From the NCBI RefSeq assembly GCF_963676685.1, contig NC_092357.1, forward strand, positions 61,566,001 to 61,630,000: DNA of 64,000 nt, written 5' to 3'. Source of the stretch: Mytilus edulis (Eukaryota). Positions 26,181 through 38,647 of the stretch are shown piece after piece; positions within the stretch are counted from its first letter, which is position 1, and every line of letters starts with the position of its first letter. A program made the translations under genes and the position numbers. The notes beneath the pieces are model-generated. The model did not search any database. It saw only the letters and a list, made by a program, of their open reading frames with translations, and was not told the origin of the DNA.

Positions 26181-27566
26181 ATATATAAATACTTCCATGA
26201 AAAAAACAAACAAACCCCCCCCCCCCCTAAATATATTACAGACAAATTTTAAAGTGTTAACTGTTTTTGACTTTTTTCAAATATTTATTTCAATGTTTCA
26301 TTTAAGGTCAAAAAGTGATCATTTGGATTTTAGAGTTGGGGCAATGAAGTCACCCCGGATCCTAGGATGTTTTTTTTTCAAATTAAAAACTACTGACGTT
26401 CACGCTTAGATTAGTTTTACCTCACGGTTGTGAAAAACCTTTTCCATTGATCTGATCCTTGATAAAAGTTAATCAGATTGCCTCTTCAATTCGAAAGTTC
26501 TATATTTACCCTTTTTCATATATGTACCAAAAAAATCGAAATCATGTTGTCATGTTTATCAAAATCTTTTGTATGATTGCTGATTCACTTAATAAGAAAT
26601 TACCATACATTTTGAGAGCATTTCAGGTTTATGATTGCATTTTTACTGTTTTAAACTTGTGTACAAGTATTACTCATGATCTAAATAGTATTATTCTAAA
26701 ATACATGAAATGTCAAATACACAAAGTCACATTGCCCTCGAAATTTACAAAATACTTTACCATACTCTTCGGAAATATTGTGTACAAATAATTAAAAACA
26801 AAACAGGTTTTCACGGGAATAAATCTTGTCAGTAAGAGGAGATTTATATCAAACGATACTTGGTAGAAGTTTAAGGCTCAAATAATTACAAACCTGCGTT
26901 GTAGAGTATTGATTCAAGCACTCAACCACTGTTGTACATAAACACTTATCAAAGATTCGCGACTCTACACAAGCTTTAAGAGTTACTAACACAGTTTGCG
27001 CATGTGCAATAAAGGCAACAGTAGTATACAGCTGTTCGAAATTCATCAATCGATTGAGAAAAAAACAAAAGCCGGTTACAAACTTAAACTGAGGGAAACT
27101 CATTAAATATAAGTATGAAGAGAAGAAATTGAAATGGGGAATGTATCAAAGAGACAACAACCTAACCAAAGAGCAGATAACAGCCTTAGACCAACAATTG
27201 GTTTGCAATACAGCGAGAAACTCCCGCACCCGGAGTCGTGCTTCAGCTGGTTCCCAAAAAATTAAACTAGTTCAGTGATAATAGACGTCATACTCCGAAA
27301 TATATACAAGAAACTAAGATTAAAAATCCTACAAGACTAACAAAGACCAGAGAATCCTGACTTGGGACAGGCGCAAAAAAATATGACGGGATGAAACATG
27401 TTTTTTTAAGATCTCAACCCGCCCTCTTTACCTCTAGCTAACATAGGAAAAACAAACCCACAATAATACGCACAGTAAAACTCAGTTTAAAAAAAGTCCG
27501 AGTCCGATTTCAGAATAGATAACAAAATAAACTAAACACACTGACATTGATACATTAATTAAGCTC

Positions 27567-28874
27567 TAGTGTTGTCAACGGTTTAACGGTTAACCGTTTG
27601 AACGACCGAATAACGAATACCAAAAATCAATAACCGATAAAACGATAAACTGCATGTGCTTGCGTGTTTAAGGGTTGCAGTTTTCTTTTCTTGATTAAAA
27701 GCCGAAGATTTTACAATTGATAATAATCGGCGGGGGTCTGATTTTTAAAAAGAAAGATTTTTTAATTGAAAATAATCGGCAGCCATTTGATAAAAAGCCG
27801 AATATTTTATAATTGGTGGTGAATTTTTAAAAGCCGAAGATGTTGAAAAGCCGTAGATGTTGAAAAGCCGAAGATTTTGAAAAGTCGAAGATTTTGAAAA
27901 GCCGTAGATTTTGAACAGCCGAGGATTTTGAAAAGCTGTAGATTTTGAAAAGCCGTAGATTTTGAACAGCCGAAGATTTTGAAAAGCCGTAGATTTTGAA
28001 AAGCCGAAGATTTGGAAGAGCAGAAGATTTTGATAAGCCGAAGATTTTGAAAAACTGAAGATTTTAGAACTTATAATAATCGGAAGGATTTTAATAGCCG
28101 AAGATTTATTTGTCGTGTGTATCCATGTATTTTAAAAGGAAAAATAATAATAATCGGGGGGTTCACTGTGGCTTTCCAAAGAAATCATTAAATAGTTATG
28201 TTTTCTGTAAAAATTGTCGTCGTGCTAATTGATTTCACAGATCAATTGTCCTGTATACTGATTGCTATTGTTAATCCAAACATATATATTTAATTAGAAC
28301 TGGTCTCTCAGCTCGGGGCAAGATCTTAAGTAAACATAATTAAACAGGCTATTATTTGAACTTGGAATTATTTTTAATTATTGAATTTGCATAATTTCTT
28401 GTACTTGATTTTTTTTTTATAAATTCCATGTTTATTCTGTACTACATGTATACTATTCTGTTTTGCACACAACACTTTCTATACAAAATATTTTGTATGG
28501 AAAGTGTTATGAACTGCTCAAAACATTATAATAACAAATAAACCTGAAATTTATTAAAAAATTCAAGAACAAGAAATTATGCAATTCCATTATTAAAAAT
28601 AATTCCATATTAAAAAAATAGCCAGGAATCTACACAGACAAGCCTTATAATGCCAAAGTACAAACTTCAATACATCGTATTATAAAAGCGTAAACGAATA
28701 ACTTGTATGGAAAGTTGTCATATTGACACAAACATCATATCTTGTTACACCTATGTATAGGGTACTATAGAAAAGGCCTTCAACCATCATCTAAAACTAC
28801 TGGTTAACCGGTTAATCGGTCGAACGATTATCCGAGTAACCGGTTAGTCAAAAGTGTACGATTTGACAACACTA
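27567..28874. mobile_element. Non-autonomous TIR element (hAT-like termini) with an internal minisatellite
   Basis: Perfect 12-bp TIR TAGTGTTGTCAA / TTGACAACACTA, subterminal aaccg/cggtt repeats, and taattaa on both sides (offset by 4 bp on the left). Confidence 0.75.
27828..28066. repeat. 17-bp minisatellite (aaaagccgaagattttg) x ~14
   Basis: Directly visible head-to-tail array with no spacers. Confidence 0.95.
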
Positions 28875-28980
28875 TAATTAACAAAGGACTCCTATCAGTT
28901 ACTGAAATGCCAGCTCCAGACCTCAATTAAACTGATTGAAAGACTATCTCTTCATCATATGAATGTATATATACACTTAC

Positions 28981-29140
28981 TTCAGATCAATGTCTTTAAT
29001 AACCAAATTTGGGTTTACATCTTTGATGATTTCTTTTACGGCATTACATGTATCAGTTTTGATGCCCTTGTGTGATGGGTGTCTTGAATCCGCACACTCC
29101 TTTTTAATGTTTGTTAAATGAACTTTAACTTTGTATGCAA
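28981..29140 (-). CDS. SEA domain, N-terminal half (160 nt, phase 1-2)
   Basis: ttttttcttctttag|...AA|gtaagt. Encodes AYKVKVHLTNIKKECADSRHPSHKGIKTDTCNAVKEIIKDVNPNLVIKDIDL(K). Its phase-2 end matches the phase-2 start at 18803, giving DIDLKPGSVYVV. Confidence 0.85.
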
Positions 29141-30570
29141 CTAAAGAAGAAAAAAGAGAACAAGCACCAGAATAATGTATTTTTGCAAACTGTTCAAATA
29201 TTTTTTGCGATTTAAATTTTATCATATTAAAGGGAAATTTTACAATTGTTATGAAAGCAATGATTTTCTATTTTTTTTTGTTTACTAATAGACGTGTTTG
29301 CTACTACCATTTGTCAGAACGGCATTCCTTTCGGAAAAATTCAATATCAACAAAAGAAATTTTGAAAATTATGAAAATCAAGTAGACAACTTCAAAACTG
29401 CATAATATTATCAGCTTACTCCGGAAATTATGTTTTCATTCATCAAGCACCTTACACTTAGAAATACAAGCCATAAGTGTTTCGAACGGCTTGTTCCAGC
29501 AAATATTTATGACCGACCAAGTCGTTGATTCATACGATTTATTTTTCTTGAAGGAGACTTTGCTGTTATATCTTAAGTAACTATGACATTGAGGATTATA
29601 AATTTTAAATTTCTGTTGTTTACGCTTGTCGTCTTGTTTAAAACAAAAGTGACACACAATGGAGATTTTAACAAGAAACGATTAATGCAAACTGACAAGC
29701 ACCAGTACAATTGTACATTTATTGTTACCATACGTTTGTTTGAAAATAACAAGATTCAATTTCCTGATTTCTACATTTCATGGCACCAACTGAAAAGTTT
29801 CGCTTGATTCAGGTTTATATACATTTTCGATAAGTATCTCAATCCATAAAATATAAGAATGTAAGTAAAATCAGTTTCTGTTTTATTTGATTCTTTTCTT
29901 GTTGAAAAGGAAAATATTGTTTAACTGTTAACCATCAATCTAGACCAAATGACAAGATTGCCACCATTAACATGTTTAATGAAAGCTCTCAACAAGGAAA
30001 CATCCTAATGCGTAACCGTCAAAAGTCCAAATATGACAAACTGTTGATCCAATGAAGAACGGTATCTACTGCATAGATTATCATTATTGAACACAATTGT
30101 TTTCAGAAATGCAATCCATGGCAATCGTAGGATTACATGTTAAAAGATCTTTGTGGAAAGAACATAAAAAATTTGACAGAAATCTAAGATGTTGTGCACG
30201 TTTAAAAATTCTCTATAAAAGCTCATTGGTATGCCTGGACATCAGAATAAACACATTAAAAAGAATAGTAAGAATCTTGGGAAAGCGTTTGACTCACGGT
30301 ACAGTAGTGTACATGTACTTAACTGAAATAAAAACTTATCATGTTCATAGATATCTTTCAAACATATATGAATTAAAGATTCGTTTGTGCTTATTCTGGG
30401 TCGGCGACCTCCTTTCATATCCTTAAATGTATTAAAGATATGTGCTTAATGTCTTGACAACATGAGAGACTACACGAAAAGAGTTTAGAATAGAAGCTGT
30501 ACTAATTAATTTGAGAACATTTCTTAAAGTTCTATAATCGTTAACTCTATTTCTTTCAAATCATACTTAC

Positions 30571-30849
30571 TATCACCATAAAACAATTGTTCGTTCGGTT
30601 TACTGCGACATCCTTTACTATAAGAATAGATTCTAACTCTGTACAACTCTTTTGGATCAATTTTGGTAATAGTGTAATTTGAATGTTCACTTGATATATC
30701 CTCGTTATGTATGACAGTTTGCCAATCATCAGTCGAAACTTGAATATTGTATTTTTCTGTTTTAAACAGACAATGATCTGCTTTTGTCCAATGTAACTCA
30801 ACTGTGCCATTTATTCCACGTTCTTTGAACCTCTTAGGACGTAATACAT
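30571..30849 (-). CDS. FN3 exon, divergent type C (279 nt, phase 1-1)
   Basis: ttaatgccag|...|gtaagt. Encodes VLRPKRFKERGINGTVELHWTKADHCLFKTEKYNIQVSTDDWQTVIHNEDISSEHSNYTITKIDPKELYRVRIYSYSKGCRSKPNEQLFYGD. Confidence 0.9.
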
Positions 30850-31423
30850 CTGGCATTAAAAAAAACAAAGAAGAAAGTTGTGCTACAAGCCTAGAGGTAT
30901 ATTTTGAAGTGTCTAAGTAACAGTTGTTTACAAGAAAATTCCCCCTTAACACCTACTTTATTTTTACTTAAGGAATGACTGTCTACAAAAAAATAACATA
31001 AAAATATGTGGTGCACACCGAATTATCCGCGTAAAAAAAATATTACAGTCATTCCTTATAATTTTATTCAATCTTATTTAAGCCAGCATAAATCATGAAA
31101 AAACTGTCACGACGTTACGGTCACATGACAAAATATGTCAATAAGCTGATAGACAAAACACTTTCAGCCAATCATAAGACGCGTTACCTTCAAAATTAGA
31201 TTATTGCATTTATCTTCATAATATCTTCGCAAGCTAAGTATTACAATACGGACCCATTCTCATAAGACGAAAAATGTGAATACAGCGCTGCACAATCTAG
31301 TAACATATGATAAACACCATTGCAATAACCAACAGTAAATAATGAATATGCCAAAACGATCTTTTTCTGTCGACAATTCTTGATTTAAAAGATTGATAAA
31401 TCTAAGTTTGATACTTAACTTAC

Positions 31424-31717
31424 CTCCTATCACAGATTTTGCTTCTTCACTTAGTTTGCTTTCTACTAAATTATCAAAATATGTAGATATTTTAAATCTA
31501 TACGTTGTTGATGGAAAGATATCAGCTTCTGTCCAATCATAGTATAGTTGGTCTGCTTTAACAGGAAATAACTCAGCGTTTTGCCAATCGTAAGATGATG
31601 AATCATCAGTTGTAAAATAAATTTTGTAATTTTTTATGTGCTCTGATCCTATTTTCGGTTTCGACCACGTAAATTTTAAGCTGTTTACTGTAACGACGTC
31701 GAAATTATATGGAGGGT
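31424..31717 (-). CDS. FN3 exon type B (294 nt, phase 1-1)
   Basis: attttag|...|gtaagt. Encodes DPPYNFDVVTVNSLKFTWSKPKIGSEHIKNYKIYFTTDDSSSYDWQNAELFPVKADQLYYDWTEADIFPSTTYRFKISTYFDNLVESKLSEEAKSVIG. Missed by the ORF track. Confidence 0.92.
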
Positions 31718-31973
31718 CTAAAATATAAGATTAAACAGATTTGAATTCAATCGATTCTCGAAAAAGTAACACAATTTTGCGTGAGTTGAAGATTCAACAG
31801 TAATTGATCTGTAATTATAGAGAGTTACACGACAAATGTAATTCATGAAATATTATCATAGATTTCAAATCTTACTCTCATGGCCTCAATCATGTAAACA
31901 TATAATGTGCAAGTTAGAGTAAACTAATGTTTAAATTATACATTGTTAATGTAATTTAAAAGTTTATACTCAC

Positions 31974-32267
31974 CCCCAGGTATACATATATTTATTTCTT
32001 CACTTTGTCGACTTTCTTCTGAATTGTCAACACATGTTGATATACTAAATCGATAATTTGTTGAAGGTAAAATATCAGAACATGACTTTGAAAAGTACAA
32101 TTTGTCTGGTTCAACTTGCCAGAAATCTACATCTTCCAAATTATTATTACTATTTACAGTAAAATGAATTCTATATTCCTTTATTATCATTGGTAAATTA
32201 TCAGGTTTTGACCATGTAAACTTCAGAGAATCCGCTTCCTTCGTAACTGTAAAGTTATTTGGTGGGC
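31974..32267 (-). CDS. FN3 exon type A (294 nt, phase 1-1)
   Basis: atttacag|...|gtgagt. Encodes GPPNNFTVTKEADSLKFTWSKPDNLPMIIKEYRIHF...ILPSTNYRFSISTCVDNSEESRQSEEINICIPG. Confidence 0.92.
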
Positions 32268-32852
32268 CTGTAAATACAAGAGATAAAACAAACAATACAG
32301 ACACAAGACATACATTATTTAATTTTTTAGCATAAAAATCGCTTTGTCGTTGAACATACCTAAATAAATATGATTTTGTATTTTATTATATATAACAAAT
32401 GAAAACAGAATATCATTTTTGCTCTTAAATAGCTCACATCAGAAAATAATTACGAACGGAGAAGATCACATAGATATATATATATATACTTTTTTAAGTT
32501 TTAAAAAAAGCACCAAAGGGAAGTAAATTGAATTGTGACAAGTATTTTTGTTGATTTTGTTTCTCCCGATTAGTATGGTTGTGAATAGATCTGTTCTTTT
32601 CATTCAAAATAATTATTGACAAACGCGACAAAATACGAACTTCCAACACATCTCAAAAAGTGAAAAACACTAGGTTTTTTGTAAATGTATTTTTAAGGAT
32701 ACTGGAAATTATGTATACTGTAGTGTTATTAACTGGCATTTCCCGTATTGGCCTTGCTTTAGATACGACGTAGATGTGTTGGTCAGTTAGACTCGAAGAG
32801 TCGAGGGCCAAAACTTTTGAAAGGTAATTAAGAAATAATTCATTGGGGCTTA

Positions 32853-32968
32853 TATATATCGTAATTCAACCACGGCTTGGCCCTTTATGACATATATTTT
32901 ACCCTGAGCGATAGCGAGGGGTAAAATATCGGCATAAAGAGACAACCCGTGGTAAAATTACGATATAT
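32853..32968. repeat. Imperfect palindrome with a gagcgatagcga loop, inside a probable non-autonomous element
   Basis: atatcgtaatt..accacgg..ctttatg..atattttaccc [tgagcgatagcga] ggggtaaaatat..cataaag..ccgtggt..aattacgatat. Confidence 0.7.
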
Positions 32969-33555
32969 TCAAGATCCCATCAAATATTTCGATCCTAATA
33001 GGACAAAAACGGCAACTGTTTTGGATCGAAGCACTCTAGGTGAAGTCATAACTTGCCGTTCCTATAAATAAACGAACAATTAAATTGACGTAAAAGAAAG
33101 GATCAAACTGAATAAGTGACATGCTTAAACTATTTACAATGACATATTTAGATAGGTTTTGGTGGATCTAAATGATGATTGGACTTATATGTCTTATATG
33201 TATACAAACAATGGCTTATCTAACACAGTTGAGCATCGTTTGTTTACGTTTCCTTGTTGTGATGATTTTCGGTTTCAAAGTTGTGTATTTTCCCGTCAAA
33301 TGCTTATATTCTGATGTCATCGTTCTATGACGTCGGGTAGCTCATTCATCAAAAAGCATAAAACGTGGCAGTACGATCGGAACAGCCCAAATAATATATT
33401 TTCATATTTGTACTCAAAGCGTTTGAAGGACGTCATGTTAAAATCTAGAATATACAATACGAAGTCGATTAAACTAAGAAACAGACCGTAAAGCAGGTAC
33501 AGGAGTTTATATTATAACTTGCCTTTATGCAGTCAGACATTGTAAACATTCTTAC

Positions 33556-33698
33556 TTTTAAAATCATCTGCGTTTTTACGATTGGTCGACGGAAAAGAAA
33601 CAGTGAAACAACTACCTCGTACCGATCATTTGAGGTTAAGCGATTGCTACTGAAATTTAAAGTCTGCTCTTGATATGTTATGATGTTGCACCAGTGTC
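33556..33698 (-). other. Orphan exon-like segment (143 nt, phase 1-0), weakly REJ/PKD-like
   Basis: Strong acceptor ccctctcctttttttcaag| and donor |gtaaga. Open frame HWCNIITYQEQTLNFSSNRLTSNDRYEVVVSLFLFRRPIVKTQMILK. Confidence 0.35.
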
Positions 33699-34879
33699 CT
33701 TGAAAAAAAGGAGAGGGAAGAGTGCCGTGCAACATTGTTAACATTTTTGATGTACCTGTCCCAAATCAAGAGCCTATAGTTCAGTGCATGTTGTTAGTTC
33801 ATGTATAGCATATTTCCCCCCGTAAACTGTTATAAAACGGGTCGTTGGTTTTTCTCGTTTTGATTGTTTCACATTTTTCATATAGAGGCCTATCAAAGCG
33901 ACTGTATGTTATGGCCTATTCCCATGGTTGCAGGCTGTATTTTGATTATATTTGCTTACATTTAATTCATTTGAACTTTGCAAGATACTTATTCCATTTG
34001 CAATCATCTCTTTGATTTTAGATAATAATCGTATTTGTTCTCGGGAAATTCATTTTATGAAAAAAACATAAACCAAAATGGAAAAATATGACTAAACAAT
34101 CTCTAGTTTTGATCACATATATAGAGATTACAATGTACTTTTAGGAAACCTATTCTATCAGATCCAATTGAATACAACGTGTAAGGTTATACTATCAAAG
34201 AGCAAAGCCAAGCGTAGAAGAGAATAATTTTATAACAGCTGGTTATTTTTGGAATTTGGCTATCAGTATCTGCGGTGGTCATACATTTATCAGTTCATTG
34301 ATTACAGTTTTATTATTTTTAAAGGTTCAAAATATACTAAGACAAATAAAAAGAACATTTTAACACGTTATTTTAATAATAAACAACACCAGAACCTCAA
34401 ATCTATACTCCAAAACCAACATGTTCAATTTGTGATGTTGATCTGGGATATTCATAAACAAGCACATGGTATTTTCCGATGTTTGTTTTAGAAAACGGAC
34501 GAGACGTATATATGACATCTTTACATTTACAACTTAACTAAAATAAAAGCTATAACTGTAACTATTGGCGCCCTGATTTTGTTGCACTTCAAATCTAAGC
34601 TAACATTACATTCATGACATTCTAATTATATTAATGTCGATTTCTGTCTTGCAAATACACTATGAAATTAATGTGATCTTTTTTTATTACGCATGTGATT
34701 TGAAACCATTTCAGGCTTTACATTTTTACATTTTACAAGTAAATTAATTAGGGAAGATTGTAAGTGGCACAAGAGCTAAGGCGGTTTTGTTACAACTCAT
34801 ACAAAAAGTTGATTTATTTTGTGTAGAATGGCGTTAGACTATTGAATTTTGCTGAGATGAAGTTTTATGTGAATTTTAA

Positions 34880-35330
34880 AGAGTGTTGAACAGTTGAAGA
34901 AGTAAGTTATGAATATAATTCAAAAGAAAACGTAGAAGAAAACAAGGGCAAATCCAATATGACGGACGCCAGTGAACAGGGTGAGACATATTCGTCTATT
35001 TTAATTTTAAAAACACATAACACCAAAAACTATTACGATATTGAAGAGGTTAAACCAGTCTTTATACTAGATAGTGCTTGTTTAGCAGCAATAAGCCGAT
35101 CAGAGATAAATTTTTAACCCACTTAGATTTGTACAGAATAACTAATGCTACAGTTTGCCCAGGAAGCCATTTGAGAGGGCTGCAGAGAGTGATAGGATAT
35201 GGAGGATTTATATAGATTCAGAGACAGATAGAGAATCGCTGATAATATCTGGTATTTCTATTCGCAATAAATTTATCCAAGTGTACAAACGAAACACCAG
35301 TAAATTAATACACAAGCAAAGTAATTTCCT
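34880..35330 (+). mobile_element. 5' fragment of an L1/Tx1-like LINE ORF1 (frameshifted)
   Basis: Reads EEVKPVFIL..., HLRGLQRV / IWRIYIDSETDRESLIISGISIRNKFIQVYKRN, which resembles an RRM-like ORF1 N-terminus. Confidence 0.5.
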
Positions 35331-37203
35331 ACGTGCAATCTGAATTCATTTTTATATACATGTACAATGTGCGTAAGATATACTGGCTTAATTGATTGAA
35401 TTTATTGATCGATTACATAAAAAATATTCAGTCATGTACTTTCTGGAAAATGCTAACATAATCGTGTAAAAAGCAGAACAGTCTTCAAAATATATCTAAG
35501 ACGACCTTTAATAACTTTGTTTTGGATTTGTAGTTTTAAACTGGTCTGCAATCATGGTTTTATGTAAAATCTTCTTGACTGCTCAAATTAAATACAAGTT
35601 TATTTGCAAGTGGTCAAATGTCTGCTTAGAATCAAATATAGTTTAATTAAATTACGACATAAAACAGTTTCTGATGGCAAAATTGAAATCTGATCTTTTG
35701 TCGTACATTTTAATGTAAATTTTGTAATAATGTTATTACTTATGTCTAAAAAAAAAACCAATATTGACTGTAATTAGCTTCATGAAGCGGGTGACTCTGC
35801 GGATAACCACATTTATACATATAAAAGGATGTGATATAATTTCGAATAAGAATATTCCCCAAAAGAGACACAACGACACAAAAATTAACAATTATATGTC
35901 CTTTAACAATGAACAAAGCCCATACAGTACAATCAGCAATAAAAGCCCAGAAAAGACACATAAAACAAGTCAAGCGCGAAAAAGTTAACGGCCTTGTTGC
36001 TATACAAAATAAAGAAATAAAAAACAGATTTGTTACAAAGCAACAAACGACAACCACTGAATTAGAGACTCCTGACTTAAGACAGAAACAAACATAATGT
36101 GACGGGGTTAAACTATTTTGAAGGCGCCAACTCTCCCCTTACCTATGACAGTGGTGTAACAGTTTTACATAAGGACAAGCTATAAAATCAGATGATCTTG
36201 GCTTAACTTATCAGATGGGAAAATAAAAATATCATCTAACAAAAATCAGAGTGAACGGTGACGGGTACTTATACAGCTAGTTCAGGGCCAATAACAACCA
36301 GTAAAAAAATCACGCATCTGAGCTTAACATATTATTCAGTACACATGACGTCGGAATAAGTCAAAGAAAACATGACCTTTTGCAATGCCAAGATACAGGT
36401 ATTGACCGATTGCAGAGCTATGAATATATGTTAAAAATTAAAAACACAATTACTGAACTCAAAATCAAAAATTAAATTAAGAAGTAAAATCAGAAAAATA
36501 CTGAAATCAGAGAAAAATTCAAAACGGACAGTCCCTTATCAAATGGGAAATTCAAAAGACCAAACACATCAAACAAATAGGTAACAACTGCCATATTCCT
36601 GACTTGGTACAGACATTTTCTTATGTAAAAATGGTAGATTTAATCTTGTTTTAAAGCTAGCTGCACCTGATTTGAATTTCCTGATAACAAACTCAATATT
36701 AATTCCAATTATAAAAACATTATTCAAAGGTATAATTACGTGTTGAATATGTAGACGTTTAGAATAAGTTTATTTTAAGGATCGACAAGTTTACATTCAT
36801 TTCTAAATTTACCATGTTTAATACAATCGTGATGATTGACAATAAATAATCCCAACAGCAAGGTATTAGTTTTTTTCTCAATGGTTGATATGTCAATTTT
36901 TATTTTTTTCCTGTAAATTCTTAATTTAAAAGGTTGATTACGACTAAAAAAAGTCTACAAGAACTCGGTGGTTATATCCCATAGGTATTCCAATTATATG
37001 ATAATGTCAATTGTGTCTACTGAAAAATCGTCACGAAGTAAGAAAATACAAAAAAGTAAGGTTACATTCTTTAAACGAATTGGAAGAAAATGACATATAA
37101 GTTTAAAAATATACTCACGTCTATAGTTCCTGAACGTGCAAAAAGATCAGTATTGAAATCGTGCTATTTATATTTCTTTGTTTTAATCTAATACTTTACA
37201 TAC

Positions 37204-37497
37204 CTCCAATCACAAAAGATTTTTCTTCGCTTTGTTTGCTTTCTACTGAATTATCAAAAAATGTCGATATTCTGAATCTGTATGTTGTTGATGGAAAGAT
37301 ATTAGCTTCCGTCCAATCATGGCATAATTGGTCTGCTTGAACAGGAAAGAACTTTGCGTTTTTCCAATTGTAAGATTGTGAAACATCAGTTGTAAAATAG
37401 ATATTGTACTGTTTTATGTATTCTGATCCTATATGCGGTTTCGACCACGTAAATGTCAAGCACTTACGTACTGTTATGTTGAAATCGGATGGCGGGT
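37204..37497 (-). CDS. FN3 exon type B (294 nt, phase 1-1)
   Basis: attttag|...|gtatgt. Encodes DPPSDFNITVRKCLTFTWSKPHIGSEYIKQYNIYFTTDVSQSYNWKNAKFFPVQADQLCHDWTEANIFPSTTYRFRISTFFDNSVESKQSEEKSFVIG. Confidence 0.92.
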
Positions 37498-38647
37498 CTA
37501 AAATATGAGAAATATATCATAGAAAGAACACATTTGGCAATCCAATAGTAATTCAGCAACATGTGTTTTAATATTTATTAAACCTTGGTACAAAAGTGCT
37601 CTTTATTTAAAGAGGTCAAAGACACAAATGGTATTTATAGAATATGTATAAAGATTTATAAACTTACTCTTATGATAATATATAATTGAAAAAACACAGT
37701 GTATACATGAACATGTTGAAGTAAAACATTGTTACAACTATCGGAGTCCCATAATATAAGACTTGGTATGTCTTTTTTTCTGGTTTTTATCGGATATTGT
37801 CTTTTACTATCAATGCTGAACCACGAAGTATAATTAGTAGTAGCTATTTTCTCGCAGCAAATTTTAAATTAGTAACCACGTCAAAAACTAATAAAACTAA
37901 CAGAAACACCTTTCAAATGAAAGAAAATAATCTTATATAGTATTCATATTGCAAAGTTATGTTCCTAGTTCATCCTATGTGTACCTGAAGCTAACAAAAC
38001 ATTTTTCATTCTGCCATTTTACTTCAAACATGTACCGATTCTATATTTTGAAGAATGCGCGAAGAAAACGAATTTGATGGTTATATTTAAAATAAGTTTT
38101 GTTAAAGAAAGGATATATAATAATTGGTAGCTTAGCATCCATTGGAAAATAGTGATAGGGATAGAACAGATTAACAGTGCATATTGATGATACAATGGGT
38201 AGGTTCTGTTATAATGGACAAGTGGGATGCAGGTCGGGGAAATTTGGACTGACGCTGGAAAATGAGGGTACATTGAATGGGGACCACCATTTTGCCTTGC
38301 AAACGTCCACATTCGGGCCCCTCAATAAGTTGTTGTATTTGTTTTTAATGATTAGATAACGTGGCATTCTCTATTATTTATACACCCCGCACAGCAAAAC
38401 TTACACCCGTTTGCTGCCGTCTCAAAGAAGACCAATGTGATCATATTTAAATTCCCCTTGCAATAACCCTTAGGGATAACAACATATAAAACAAGAATCC
38501 AATATTGAAAAATACATATATAATAAAATGGTAAATGAAATATTTTCCAAATAATTTTAGTTTATTCTTATCCACAAAACTAATTGCTACTTCAGGTTTT
38601 ACAATTTTTTTTTCAAGTGAGTTAAAATTTACTGTCCGTCCCATTAT

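Larger units (their letters stand above)
27125..28965 (-). mobile_element. Penelope 3'-tail-derived repeat (reverse copy of ~3055-3580), split by a nested TIR element
   Basis: 27125-27562 and 28875-28965 join into a continuous reverse complement of the tail of the element at 1730-3580. Confidence 0.75.

Noticed and set aside
27828-28066. Short direct-repeat array superficially like CRISPR
   Set aside because: Head-to-tail 17-bp units with no unique spacers, eukaryotic context and no cas genes. It is a minisatellite.
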